Assembly: GCF_964355755.1 (NCBI RefSeq)
Contig: NC_092679.1
Coordinates: 13,313,432 to 13,377,431, forward strand
Length of the DNA: 64,000 nucleotides
Direction of reading: 5' to 3'
From: Antedon mediterranea
Lineage: Eukaryota > Animalia > Echinodermata
Shown piece by piece: positions 1 to 13,470 of the stretch; the first letter of the stretch is position 1, and each line of letters starts with the position of its first letter. The notes beneath the pieces are model-generated. The model was given only the letters and a program-made list of their open reading frames with translations, had not been told where the DNA came from and made no database searches. A program made the translations under genes and the position numbers.

Positions 1-36
1 TTCTTCTTCATCATGATGAAACATATCCATCAAAAC
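1..36 (-). CDS. SOS: Son of sevenless coding exon 5 (continues beyond window)
   Basis: tttag acceptor at 37-38, then VLMDMFHHDEEE; matches SOS1 VLMDMFHQD. Confidence 0.88.
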
Positions 37-690
37 CTAAAATATTTAAAAAAAAAAACTTGTTTACTATCTTTGATGCCAAAATAATAAAACAATAAAT
101 GCCTGGAATATGCTTGCTTATTTATGTCCTAAGGATCGTCATTGACTTTACCCTTGGATGGGACATTTAGCTGTCCGTGTACTGTAAAGAATGCATACAT
201 TACTAGCAGTTTCTTCAGCTGATGTGATGATCATGTAATCATAGCCTATTAAGACATTTTTCATATATTTTTAGAGGCAAAGCACAACTGTTAAAAATTT
301 CCAACTGAAAATGTGTTTTTATTGTAATTTTATTTTATTATTTATTATTTGGATGTTTACTTGTTCAATGTCTCTATGGAGTAATACCTGTTTTTTTAGG
401 GCAGGGTAAACTTAACGGGATGTGATGGCTGAAATAGGACGATGTGAACAAAAATAAAACATCAAATATAACCAAATAACGACAGCTTGCATCTTTGGCG
501 ATTTCGTTATTGGAATTGTCATTTTTAGATGTTTTTTCCGGTGGGTTTATTTTGCAGTTGCGGTGTTATGTCTCACTTCCTGTACTTCAATAATCAGCGT
601 TTAACACGAAACATTTAGAAATACAGCATTGATACGTACAGTACACATGATTATTGTTGTATGTATACCAAATACTCATTCATTTATTAA

Positions 691-1316
691 AGCGCCATTC
701 CCTACGTTTTTTAGATCTAATTTAAGATCACAAACTATATTTAATGTAAAAATAATACTATATGGTCCTATTGTGATAACTTTTTTTGTCTTTAAACGGT
801 TAAAAATGTGAAAAATAAATCGATTTTAATAATTATAGCGGCCCGCTATAAATCCCAAAATGCATTGCGCGCGGATTGATATTTTTGTTTTTCACCTGTA
901 ATTCGCCCACTTTTCGATCGATCGTGAAGCCAAAACAAATGGAAGACTCCTAACTTTTCAGCGAAAATACCGGGTTTTCCCCAATTTGTATCAACGGAGT
1001 CTGGCAAAAATAGAAAGACAATTAATGCAGCAACTATACAACGTCAGGCTAGGTATATAGCTAGCGTACGATGTTCGTACGTTACCGATGTTTACCAGCT
1101 AGGCCTACAAAACTAAGCCTAGCTAGGCTAGGCCTGAGACCGTCCACGAGAGGTCGATCGCCGCGAGCTACTTAGGTAGTGCATTGTTTCTCACTTTTTA
1201 TCATAATTTACCATAAAACGTACATTTAAGACAAGGAATGACATGGTTTAATGTTTTTAAAGTGATATATATGTATTATTTTCCAAAAAACGTCCAAAAT
1301 TGCAGGGAAGGGGTCT
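691..1316. mobile_element. Kolobok-like non-autonomous DNA transposon
   Basis: TTAA at 687-690 and 1317-1320 flank imperfect TIRs AGCGCCATTCCCTAC / AGACCCCTTCCCTGC. Confidence 0.6.
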
Positions 1317-1499
1317 TTAACTGAACATACTGTAGCATTTTACACCACCATTTAACTTGTCCAGTTTCTTCTATCATTGTATTGTTTAAAATATGTCAGT
1401 TTGTGCAACTACTATTTTCCAATAAAAATGTTTTACTAAAATAATTAATTGTAGAAAAAGGTTGTTGTTATCCTAATCCATGTCAGTTGAAATACATTA

Positions 1500-2710
1500 A
1501 AATGTGGCATCAATACAATGATACTACGTGATAATCCATGTGACATCAATCCTGTAAAAGGCATGATATTCCACAATACATGTGACTTTAATACTCTTCT
1601 TCTTTCCCTTTTCAGGGAATTTATTGGTTCAAAGTATATTGGCCTTTGGCCCTAATACAAACAAATAAAAATAAACTATAACTTAAGATAATGGTTAATA
1701 ATACAGAAAGAGGCATGACATATATCGCAACCTACGGCATCAATTTCAATACTGTAAGCAACAGAGTATTCCACAATCCACATGGTATCAATGCCAATAC
1801 CGCTAGACATGGTATTTCACAATCCATGTAAAATCAATGCCAATACTACTGGAGTCATGGTATCTAACAATCCATTATAGCATCAATGCCAATACCGCTA
1901 GAGTCATGGCATCTAACAATCCATTATAGCATCAATGCCAATACCGTAGTCATGGCATCTAACAATCCATGTGACATCAATGCCAATACCGCTAGAGACA
2001 TGGCATCCCAAAATACATAGCATCAATGCCATACTGTATACTGCAAGAGGCATGGTATTCCACAATCCACATGGCATCAATGTCGATACTGGTAGAGACA
2101 TGACATCCCACAATCTATAGCATCAATGCCATACTGTATACTGCAAGAGGCATGGTATTCCACAATCCACTTGGCATCAATGTTAATATTGGTAGAGTCA
2201 TGGCATCCCTCAGTCTACTGTATAGCATCAATGCCATACTGTATACTGCAACAGGCATGGTATTACACAATCCACTTGGCATCAATGTTAATATTGGTAG
2301 AGTCATGGCATCCCTCAGTCTACTGTATAGCATCAATGCCATACTGTATACTGCAAGAGGCATGGTGTTCCACAATCCACATGGCATCAATGTCAATATC
2401 GGTAGAGTCATGGCATCCCACAATCGATAGCATCAATGCCATACTGTATACTGCAAGAGGCATGGTATTACACAATCCACTTGGCATCAATGTTAATATT
2501 GGTAGAGTCATGGCATCCCTCAATCTACTGTATAGCATCAATGCCATACTGTATACTGCAAGAGGCATGGTATTCCACAATCCACATGGCATCAATGTCA
2601 ATACTGGTAGTGGTACTGTACTCCACAAAACATATAAATGAGGCATAGTGTTAAACAATCCAATGGCAGCACTGTCCACACCATTTAGACATGGTATCCC
2701 ACAATCCATG
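1500..2710. repeat. Minisatellite with 100/105-bp higher-order units
   Basis: TAGCATCAATGCCATACTG recurs at 2018, 2118, 2223, 2328, 2428 and 2533; degenerate shorter units flank it; this explains the repetitive ORFs. Confidence 0.92.
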
Positions 2711-2798
2711 TCAGTATGGAAACCTTCACTCACATTGTTCACAAGGTATTTAAAGTTAAAAAACAATAGGCAATTATCTTAAAATGTTTCTCAAATAC

Positions 2799-4541
2799 CA
2801 GGCCTCAAATTTTACCGCGGCCACCGCGGCCAGTGCCGTCGGTGCCCTCCCAGTTGGCCTCAATGCCCTCGAAAATGAATAACACCCACGGCCACTACTG
2901 GCCTGCCCTTTTTTTTGCGTTGGCCGCGAGCGCCCTTCCCGAGTTTTACCACAATAAAAACCACTGAATTAGATAGAAAATAATGTCAAGAAGATTTGTT
3001 TACACGACTCGGACGAGACGCAAAACTATCGCCTCTCTTCGTTGCAAGGGGATTTCCCTAAACGCATTTATTAATACACAAACAGTCCCGCAAACAGTAA
3101 ACAAAACATCGAACATTGTAATAGGGTAACTAAAACAATATCATCCCGGCCGCCGTGCGTGGTAAATCATGGTATAGATAGTACATTAAAATACAGGGGT
3201 GTAAACTGTTAATAATCAAGCTAAAAACGTTCCTCGATCGGAGGTTACTGAAAGTATTAAAGTCGCACAATAATCGAGCTAGCCGCCTTCGATGAAAAAA
3301 ATATTACACGCACTCGACTCCTAGCTAGCCTAGCCTATCCTCCCGCCGCCGATCCGGTCGAACACACGCAATTCAATGCATTGGGAAAACAATTCTATTT
3401 GACGCACACGCACCCTCTGATAAGAAATTTCACACACAATAACGTCGTGTGAGAGCGAGTACGCGCGGAGGATCAGCGGATCGTTGGAAAAACAATTCCT
3501 TTTGACGTACACGCACCCTCTGAGAAGAAAATACCATGTGCGTTCCTGCATGGTGTAGTCCATTATACGTGTAAAATTAGGGGTGTTTGTTTACCTTTAG
3601 CACCAAAGTTAAACCTGCACCTCAACCCGAAGATCGTTGGAAGTATATCATATTTATATTTTATCGCACCCATCTCAATAATCCAGCAGACAGATCATCG
3701 AAAAATCTTGTTTAACAACGTCGTACACTAAATTACCAAACGCGTTTTTACCGAATTCAAGGAAATGGTATAGTCCAGAATACACGTGCCGAAGGCTAAA
3801 CAGAGAGAGAAAGGGGTCGGTGTCCGTCCGTGTTTTGAATTCTTATAAATATGGGTTATACTGTACTAACAAAAAAGCTTCAGAAATCGAAACTCGGAAA
3901 ATAACTATAATTTATATTCTACTACATAATGTAATTGACTTGATTTTTACCGTGGTTAACACTCTGTATGAATAGTTGTAGGTAAGGCCTACAAACAAAT
4001 TGTTTTTGTATCATGTTTTCTCCGTCGGCTGCTAGCTAAGTAAGGCTGAGTAGCTTGCTGTTGTAAGGGTTTTTATACCTGTTCCGGGCCTTAATTGGTT
4101 GGCTTCACATGCCTTTTTATCGCATTATTTGAAACTAAACGAAACATTCAACACAGGACGGTAAACTATAAACGCTGAACATCGTACCTATTTATTATTT
4201 ATATGGATCGTAAATACACGTAATATTTATATGAAATACAAACAGATGTATTGTAGAAGACAGTCCTACTACTACTCCGCGATCTGATGAATAGGGGGAA
4301 ATCCCAAAACATTTTGCGGGTAGAATTTTTTTTTTTGAAAAAAATTCCACCCTCAACCGGAAACAAGCTATTTTTAAATTTTGGCCTAGTTATTAAAATA
4401 TTTTTTAATTTTGGCCTTGGTGCCCCTTTGATTTAAAACAAATGGCCTTGGTGCCCTCCCATTTGGCCTTGGTGCCCCTAAAATCAATGAAAACCGGAGG
4501 CCAAATGGCCTTGCCCCTAAAATCCCCAAATTCGAGGCCTG
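2799..4541. mobile_element. Non-autonomous hAT-like element with 6-bp TSD
   Basis: TIR CAGGCCTC(A/G)AATTT; AAATAC duplicated at 2793-2798 and 4542-4547; subterminal GGCCTTGGTGCCC repeats. Confidence 0.8.
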
Positions 4542-4622
4542 AAATACTGTATTTAAGTACGGTATGTTAAAGATAATAATACAGTCATAGTAGAAAATCA
4601 ACAGTTTTTATTTAAAATCAAT

Positions 4623-5108
4623 AGGTAGTTTTCCCAATCCTACGAAAACGGATACGTCACGCACACGTTTTCGTTTTTGGTAAGCCAGTAAAAATCTGTT
4701 TTGTGAAATATTAAGGGCGCCGTCCAAAATATGATTGCGGTAAATTTGAGCGAAGCGCAGGTACGTGTTGCTTGGCTGCCTAAGCCTAGCGTAACATCAA
4801 AGCGAGTGAGGACTTTAAAAACTGCTATTTATCAAAATTGACCTGACATTTTAGTAAATTACTTTAATAGTAAATTACTTTCAATAAAAGTATAATTACA
4901 TTATAATCATGAATCATTTTTTATTCAAATGCAAAACATGCAAAATAGATATAAAACTATACTCGTTTTGTGGTCACAAATATGACTGGTGATATTCGTC
5001 AACACGAATACGCTTTACAAATATGAAATGGGGATCAGCTCAAAACATTCACAAATGTGTGACATATCCGTTTTCATTATCATATTCATAAGGTTGCGAA
5101 AACTCCCT
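4623..5108. mobile_element. MITE, PIF-Harbinger/ISL2EU-like
   Basis: Imperfect TIRs AGGTAGTTTTCCCAATCCT / AGGGAGTTTTCGCAACCTT plus inner GAAAACGGATA.GTCAC inverted repeat; AT on both flanks. Confidence 0.65.
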
Positions 5109-6945
5109 ATTGTTTAAAACTATAACTAGAAAGAAGTTAAATACATATTTATGGAATTTTAAAAGTTAGTCAACACTTTTCTTCTAACTACTAATAATAT
5201 ATTCTATTGCTATTTCGTTTGTAAAGTCACACTGTCAACAACAAACTGCAAACTGATTCATTGCATTGTTGTATCCACATACTGTATATTAAAAACTTCA
5301 CTTGATTTATTAAAAAAAAAAAAATTAAATTAAATTTTAGAATTTATAATATTTACTGAAAATTCAGATTAATAGAGAATACATCATTTAAAAAACTATC
5401 GTAATCGTGTGATCTACGATTCCATTTAATAAGAAAATAAGATCACAGAAAAATATTTTCAACATGCAACCCAAGATTGCACATTATGCAAACCAACCTG
5501 CGTGTCTGAGAAAGCAACCCATCCTCCATTGACCCATCTTAAGGTAACCTCCACATCAAACGTAATAACTGGCTGGTAGTAGCCATTTGGCCCAATGTCC
5601 TCGCTATAAGTATATGGACAATTTAGGCTAACACAGGTTTCTTGCACACTTTCCATTCCTATTCAGTCTGTCCCGATGCTAAGCTTAGCCCCGACTAACT
5701 TGGCAATAACGGAGAAAACTTGACGCTGCAATATTGTATGTAACTCCTGAAGTCATTTCCTGCCACAGTTAATTGTCAAGTTCCTTTTCGCTTTCTAAAT
5801 TTGTATCAAAGTCCCTAGTCTGTCATCATGTTTATTTGGATCAATTTTCAAAAACCAACCAAGCTGTTAGTTCCCATCACTCGCGCGCAAACACAAACAA
5901 CATGTAACAAGTTGTTTTACTTGTTTAATACTGCACTTTTTAAGTACCGTACGCTTGTTTGTATTTGTTGTACTGTAGAAAGATGACCGAGGTTTTTTAA
6001 ATTTAGTCAGCGTAATAGTTGAAAGCCTGGACAAAACAATAACTTGTATTTAAAACAAAATTGTAGTCGATAAGGAGTCTCGCCTCAATTTATACATTTA
6101 ACATAATTGATGATACTAAATTTAGGGCCGTGGAAATGATTTATTTGGTGGAAGAGGGCAAAGTGATCAGATGCAAGCAATGAGCAATAATCAGTCTTGA
6201 TCTGGGCCTCCATGGTTAAATAAAGTTGAATCAAAATTTGTATGATTGTATTATTTTGTTATGAAACCTAGGTATAGAAACACTATTTACCTCGAATATA
6301 AAATTAACAAATTAATTAGGTTCCCTAGCTAAATGTTGTCTTATTATTGAATTACCGAAAAAAATCTAATAAAACGATAATCTTAAAAGTTCATAGAACT
6401 ACAATAGTAAATGACTAATATTAAATTGGCTATCTGAATATAGAAAAAAGGGATTATAACATAAGAAAAATCCATTTAGAAAATAGGATAAAAAGTTAGT
6501 AACAGTTTTATTGCTGTGGCTAAATTCTTTAACAGGTCAAGCATAATACAGTAGTAATATATCTCCACATAAAATTGAAGGGTATTTTTTCCTCCTAGTA
6601 AAATAAAGTATTTAGTCTCATCGTATGAATTACTGTATATTGAAGGTTTTTAAAAATAATTTTTGTATTAATCTCTAAATAAAGATAGACGGAGATTACA
6701 TTTTTACTTCTTATACGTACCTTTGAAATCTACTTTTAGTTCACACATTTTAAATTAGAAAACATATTATTTTGGGAAAATTTACATTTAGACAGTACTG
6801 TAGGGCTATCTTTTTGTCTGATTTGATTGAATTTTCCATTCCATTCTTACTCCCAAAAAGGATCCTGTAGGCCAGGCTGTAAGATGTGTCAATGTACACT
6901 GTTTTAGGCCCAAAAAACACGCTAGGCACAATGACTATAACTTAC

Positions 6946-7026
6946 CTTATCTGCGTACATGGCCACTTTAACATCTTGGTCTGTGATATCCAGACGCCTA
7001 ATGTTTTTTACATAATTCCCAGTAAG
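6946..7026 (-). CDS. SOS: Son of sevenless coding exon 4
   Basis: cag/gtaag junctions; [27 protein letters not shown] (histone-fold domain). Confidence 0.93.
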
Positions 7027-8331
7027 CTGTAAGCAAATAATATGAAATAGTCAATTAACAATCATTTTTTTTTACACTTTGTTGATCAGTATAGTAGGCT
7101 ACGCTACCTCCCGATGCGTATTTTTCTTAATGCAATTTTATGTCTAACTATAAAATTTTGTCAAATTTTGTAAAAAAAGCGTATATAAATATCATAAACA
7201 TTAGGTTGATTTAAACAAATATTCATATAGTTCCAAAAAAAAAAAATTTTTTTGTAATAGTTGGGGACATCTTTAATCTGTAAATAATTTATCTTGCATG
7301 GTAATATTTCAATAGATCCAGGGGCATTATTTTTTTTTCTACAAAGAACTATTTTAACATTGTTCATTCAACAAACCTAGAATGAGGCACAGACACATTG
7401 AACAAAGCATTTCACTATTTGACAGTTTATTGGAAAGAAGAATGGGAACAAAAAGGAATAGTGAATGGCCTATGCCTGCATGACATAATTGAATCTTATG
7501 CAACAAAAGGTCAAATAAAAGTTGTCAAAGCCACATGGCAGCAACCCAATGCTCTCTTTGTTAGACACCAATTCAGGCATAAAAGATAAACAAAGAAAAT
7601 CCCATACACTTGATTTAAAGTTAAATGTACTGTAGAATAAAAAAGTCTGATTTCAAATTAAATAATACTAATTTAATAATTCTTTTTTATTCATAATTTC
7701 CCATAATATGAAATAAATTGCTGGAATTAATTAATGAAACAATCAATTTCCGCAGCAATTTTAATTAGAATAGGAGGAGCTATTATTTTCAATGATACAT
7801 ATTGTTAAGTTCCTATAACTGATATTGATAACTGGGTATTGGTACTTTGTTTTAATTTTTAATTTCATCTTGGACAATTAAGAAAGGATGGGTTCCAAAA
7901 CATACTGAAGATCTTGTTTTTTTTTTTTCATTTTTTTTTTTAATGATAAATAATAATTGATGATGGTACTGCTCCGATGCTAAATTGTTTGTTCCTTTCC
8001 ATCTTGAAAAAAAAACACATATGACCTTTTCAATTTTTATTTAATCTTGAAATAAAATTAGAAAGATCTCCCTTCAAATTTGTTTGAAAAAAAAATTAAC
8101 TTGACTTGAATAATACTAATAGGCTTCTTTGGTCTAATTTAGTATTTTTTCTTGTACAGTAAATGCACAGAAGGGAACCAAAATTGAATTCTGCTTACCA
8201 TACTGTACCGTAAGTTATTAAAAAGCCTGTTCTTTCTTTAATGGTGAAATGAAGAATACTGAAAGTGTATTAATATCAATTGATATATTATTGATAAGTA
8301 TTGATTATTAATTGATTATTAATTACATTAC

Positions 8332-8415
8332 CTTCAAGATATCAGCTGCTATGTATTCTAAAATTGCAATTATGTACAAAGTCACTTGCTGGTCTATTTT
8401 ATATCCAAGCGTTTC
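8332..8415 (-). CDS. SOS: Son of sevenless coding exon 3
   Basis: tag/gtaatg junctions; [28 protein letters not shown] (histone fold, LEYIxADILK). Confidence 0.95.
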
Positions 8416-9772
8416 CTAAAATAAAATAAAATTTCATTTTATGTCTGAAAGCTTAAAATGTCTGATTTTTTTTTTTCAAAATAAAATCGATCTGGTTTAT
8501 GCTTAAATGACATTCTCAAAATAATGGTTACAAATTCCCCCTTGAGAATTCTATTTACCCAGTTATCGCTGAGCAACATTTAACTGCAATGCAAAATAAC
8601 GGTTAATTGACTGACCACCGTTGACCTTGAGTTATCTAATTATTTGTCTGAGCATATAGGCCTATATTAGTTATTTATATATTTTGGGTATTATGAACAT
8701 TTTTCCATGAACATTTTTCCATCAACAACTACGAACAAAAAAAATAACATAATTTTAGCAAAATATTGACTTTTGAAATGTTTACTGTACATTGGTCAGC
8801 AACTACAGTAAATGAAATAGGAATTTGTATTAAATCCTAATGTAGTAAAAATGTTTTTTGAATTATCCCCCTTCTTTGGTACAATACACTGTTTTTTTTT
8901 TCTTTTGTTTTTTTAAATTCTACTGTATTGGCAAAAAAATTTCTAAATTTTGTAAGAAGTCAAAAACCTTTTTAATGGGCTAAAAATTGTACAGTTCTAA
9001 GAACAGCCACCTACATCATGTTCTGCCAATGTCCTGTAGGCGTCTTCACTGATTATTATGTACCATACTATATGGAAAATATCCTACATAAAACCACATT
9101 ATGACCAACTAAATCGCTTCTTTGATTTGATTTTACTTATGAGCATTATCGTGTTCATCTGCCACAAAATCAATATCTGACATAATCTGTTAACAGATTT
9201 TGTTTATGAAGAAGTAAATGAATTGGAAAGCAATGTTGATCGAACCAAGCAATATTGAATACTCATTGTTTAAAAATCGCATTTTTACTTGGGAAATCAT
9301 AGTTGTGTCATTCAGTGGCATAACACAGGGAGCTGGTTTAGCATAGTATAGTTGCATCTGGGCTGCTCATACTCTGGGGAGCCCTTAAGCTCTGTGGCTC
9401 CTGGGTTTAGCCACTGAGTACTCTACTCAAGTTTCATAATTTTGAAATGCATTTTATAATTTTATTTAATTATTTAATTTGAAAAATATAAGTGAAATAT
9501 TATTATTATATAGTATAATAAAGTTTACAATTTTATAAATATCGTCCATTTTTTTTATGATGTCACAAAAGCTTGTTCAAATTTGAATCATTATTTTCAA
9601 TATTCATATTATACAATTTGATTTAATATGTCCTTGCTCTCTGCATTTTGCAAAGTACAGTATTTGTTCAGTTTGTGATGGATTACATTGTTTTTGCTTA
9701 AACCAGGGCCTCAGGCCTTTGTGTTGTACACCACTGGTTCTACAGAAATAACATTAAAGAAAACCACACTAC

Positions 9773-10030
9773 CTTAAGTTGTGTATGTGTCCTGTCAAGT
9801 GGTGCTAAAACTGTAGATTTTTTCTTTCCCTTTTCAATTGCTATATTTGCCTCTTCTATTGCCCATTTATCAATTGGGTTTGGAAAAGTCTTCTGAATGT
9901 GTTCATTTACTTCCAGTACATTGTGTGGTTCATTAGCCAGAAGTATAGTCAATAACTTGATGACTAAGGACTCAACATAAACCAATGCATCATTTGTTAT
10001 ATCCAAAGATATATGCACTTGTTTTTGGAC
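9773..10030 (-). CDS. SOS: Son of sevenless coding exon 2
   Basis: Phase-0 exon VQKQVHISLDITNDALVYVE...QKTFPNPIDKWAI...QLK; matches the SOS1 N-terminal histone domain. Confidence 0.95.
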
Positions 10031-10107
10031 CTACAATTAAAATAGAAAAATATATTAAAAAAGGGAAACCAAAGAGGCTAGTTATAACTAAACATCTTAA
10101 TATGTTG

Positions 10108-10650
10108 TAATGGTGCTTGGTACAATCTATTGAGTACACCAGAACACTGTACATGCGTGATGGTGCTCACTGTAGGTACTGTATGCGTAACTGGTGCTTG
10201 GTACAATCTATTGAGTACACCAGAACACTGTACATGCGTGATGGTGCTTACTGTACTGTAGGTACTGTATGCGTAACTGGTGTTTGGTACAATCTATTGA
10301 GTATACTGAACACTGTACAGTATGCGTTCTAGTATTTAGGTATGCGAAATGGTGTTCGCTACTTAAGCGATCGAGTATACCACTGTATGCGCAATGGTGT
10401 TTAGGTATGCGTAATGGTGTTTGGTACAATCTATTGCGTACACCAGAACACTGGATGCGTGATGGTGTTTGGTACAACCTATCCCAGAAGACTATGCACA
10501 GTGGTGCTTCATACAAATTTGAGCGCAGAAACACCTGTATGCACAATGGTGTTTTGTATGTTATTGAGTATATACCAGAACACTGTAGTGTATGCGTGAT
10601 GGTGCTTGGTAAAACTTATCCCAGAAGACTACGCACCACTGATGACTGAT
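10108..10650. repeat. Minisatellite (about 50-bp core, mixed longer units)
   Basis: Repeated TGGTGCTTGGTACAATCTATTGAGTACACCAGAACACTGTA. Confidence 0.88.
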
Positions 10651-13190
10651 GATACAAACAAACAAAAATCAGGCACTACAGTACACTATTATATTAAAAT
10701 TTAAATAAAAGTTTGGAAGTGCTTATTTAGACAGTTTAATAAATGCAAATGTGGTGAAAATACCAATGTACAGTACCAGAGCTTCTAAGAGTAAAGTATG
10801 TACAGTAATAAAGACTGTAAAGACAAGGTTTAGACGAATTACACCACAATTAAAATACTGAATTTCACCATTTTCATATCGTGTGTGGCTATAATTAGCA
10901 TCATGCTTATTTCATTCATTCTAACTGCAACATTGAATGTAGGACGTACAATCAAGATCAAAGTTTGATCAAATGCACATATTATAATAAATTATGCAAG
11001 GAATCACCACAAGTAATTGTATGTCCTGCAATGTACATATATTACTCTAGAGGCTATCAAATTGTAATGCACAGAATAGCCACTATATACATACAGTAGA
11101 GTTACAAATGATTAAAAAAAATCCACATAATTCTTGAGAAAAACAGTTTATTCTATAATAGTATATAATGATTGGAGAACAAAAAATAACCCTTTTTTTA
11201 TTAAGATTTTTAAGTATAAATAATTTTGAAATCTTGTTAGTATATTATTGTATATGCAGCGCTGGTATATGTTAGTATTATTATTACACATTTAACACAA
11301 TAATACAATACAATAAAACAACCATAATTGTATGCAATGTCAAACTATTAAATTTCTGCAAGTATAATTTTCGTACAATACTTTTATAATTTTTTATAAA
11401 ACAACCAACTGTAGATTATATTTGCATCATTATGATTCAGATGATTTGGTTAGCAATGCAAAGATTTAAGGATGGCATTGTATTTATATTTATTTATCAT
11501 CGTTAATGAATACCAAAATTACGAATGCAGAATAATGTATGACCTATAGTGTCAAACAAAATAGTTTATGCGATCACTTGCTACTATAGCATTATCATAA
11601 AAATGTAAACGTAATTAACATTTAATTGTGGTCTGACAAAAGACCTCTAAATCAGGACTCGACATTTTGAATAGGAGAAACGTTAATTTAGAGGTCAGAT
11701 GAGATGATGAGAACAAAAGATCAAAAACCAACAATAATCAATAGGCAAGTTGAGATAAACAAAGAAATGAAAGTACAGCATGGGATTCAGTAACAAAAAA
11801 GCCATTTTCTTTAATAACAATATTTTACATTGCAAAGAAAAATATTCAACATGGCTGCCAAGCAATAAACATAATTTTCTTTAGATTTTATTTTAAATGC
11901 GTCGGGAATTTCCATCTTGATTTCACCAACTCGCCGTATTCATGTACAGTATATAATACTACTAGATAAGGAATGCTACTAACCTTGCAAAAATATTCAC
12001 ATTAGATTATGAATTAATTTCTTGCAATGCGATGCACGATTCGCTGTCGTCTAGTGTATAATGGCGACTATCGTACAAGGTCATAAACCTAACATTAAAA
12101 TGTATGCGAAGCAGCTCCAGCTGCAATCCGAAACATTATTTATCAACTACAAACAGGTCAACGGTTAATGTAATAATGAAAATAAATAACATCTCATTAG
12201 AAATTATTGTACTTTCTCTATAGTAGTTACGATATAAGTGGATGCTTACCGAGATGAATAATTAGCAATGGCGATACCCAGGCCAGCTGGAATGAATGCG
12301 ACTGTAGAGTACTTTGCTATGCTTACAGCTGAGTAATTGATCAAGTGTCTTTTGTGTTAGCCTATACCCACAAAACAATGCCTGAAAACATCATAAAGGG
12401 TCATAGGTCACAATGAACAAAGAATCTCCTCCTCCACTGCTAATTTTTGCCTAGCTCATCAGTAAGCTCCGAGAGAGCATTAACAACACTGCCCCGGGAA
12501 GACTGAAGAGATAGCTGGCTGGCTGGCTGTCCTGGAACAATCTCATGAATATCCAGCTGCTAATTTGCATAATTTCAAGGCTGCGTTTAAGATGGCTGAT
12601 TGCGCTATGGAATATGAAGCAGGTTTCATTGTGCACAATCAACTGTCTGACTATACATGTAATTATCATACTTAAGAATTAACCTTACTAGCAAATCTTT
12701 TTTTTACTCTATTTTCTCGAGCAAAAGGAGAAAATGAATATTATCTAAACTGTTTGCAATTTCTATCTAAAGGATAACATTTAAAGCAAAAAAGCAAAAG
12801 CAGAACAAAGGAATGGTGAATTAACATGTCTGAAGTTGTTGCGTGGCAGTTGAAATTGGAACATAAAAATGCATACAGTAATGCAATGGTTTTTGTACGG
12901 AAGACCACCGTTTTTATATTAAATTTAGAACTTATCCATAATAGGATTTTATTAATATTTTGCAGTCCATAGAGTACATACCAATGGTATTTATTTTGTA
13001 AATTAAACATTATATTAACAATTATTTTAATAATTAAAATTATTTAAATGAATATTTTTATGCCATTACGATAATCTGTATAGCTTTTGGCATGAAATTT
13101 ATGTGGCTGATAAAAAAATATATCTTTTTCTATTTACCGATTTCAAATTATCTGCGAGCTGGGTGGCAAAGCAGTTAAGTCGGGGGAACT

Positions 13191-13470
13191 GCGCAGGTAA
13201 AATGGTCAAACATTTAAGGCAGGGGCGCCGTTTACCGTACCTAAAGACTCAACAATATCAACATGGTTTGAGGCCGATTCCACTAGTGGTGGAACAACTC
13301 TTTTGGTATAAGGACTATAAACCGTAAGTCCAGTACGCAGTTTGCCTGTGTGCAATTTATAGAACCTAGTTCATCTTTCAAGAGGAGTAAGGGTACCCTG
13401 GTGAACTGGTTCACAAAAAGCCCCTGTGTCATAGGGATTATCACATATCTGATAGTGATTAATTTACTAA
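13191..13470 (+). mobile_element. Degenerate tRNA-derived Deu/Nin-type SINE
   Basis: Homologous to the 42668-43019 copy (GTTTACCGTACCTAAAGA, TAAGGACTATAAACCGTA.GTCCAGT, GAGTA.GGGT.ACCC). Confidence 0.75.

Noticed and set aside
1913-2766. Overlapping repetitive ORFs; possible CRISPR-like array
   Set aside because: Head-to-tail minisatellite without unique spacers; the ORFs are artefacts of the repeat.
3048-4303. NF-kB-like GGGGAAATCCC motifs (also at 62117)
   Set aside because: They lie inside transposons with no supporting context.
5459-5830. Coding-looking minus-strand stretch (65-aa ORF)
   Set aside because: No recognisable motif, upstream stops, and SOS exons 4 and 5 join without it.
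10117-10649. Cys/Tyr-rich ORFs
   Set aside because: Translations of the second minisatellite.
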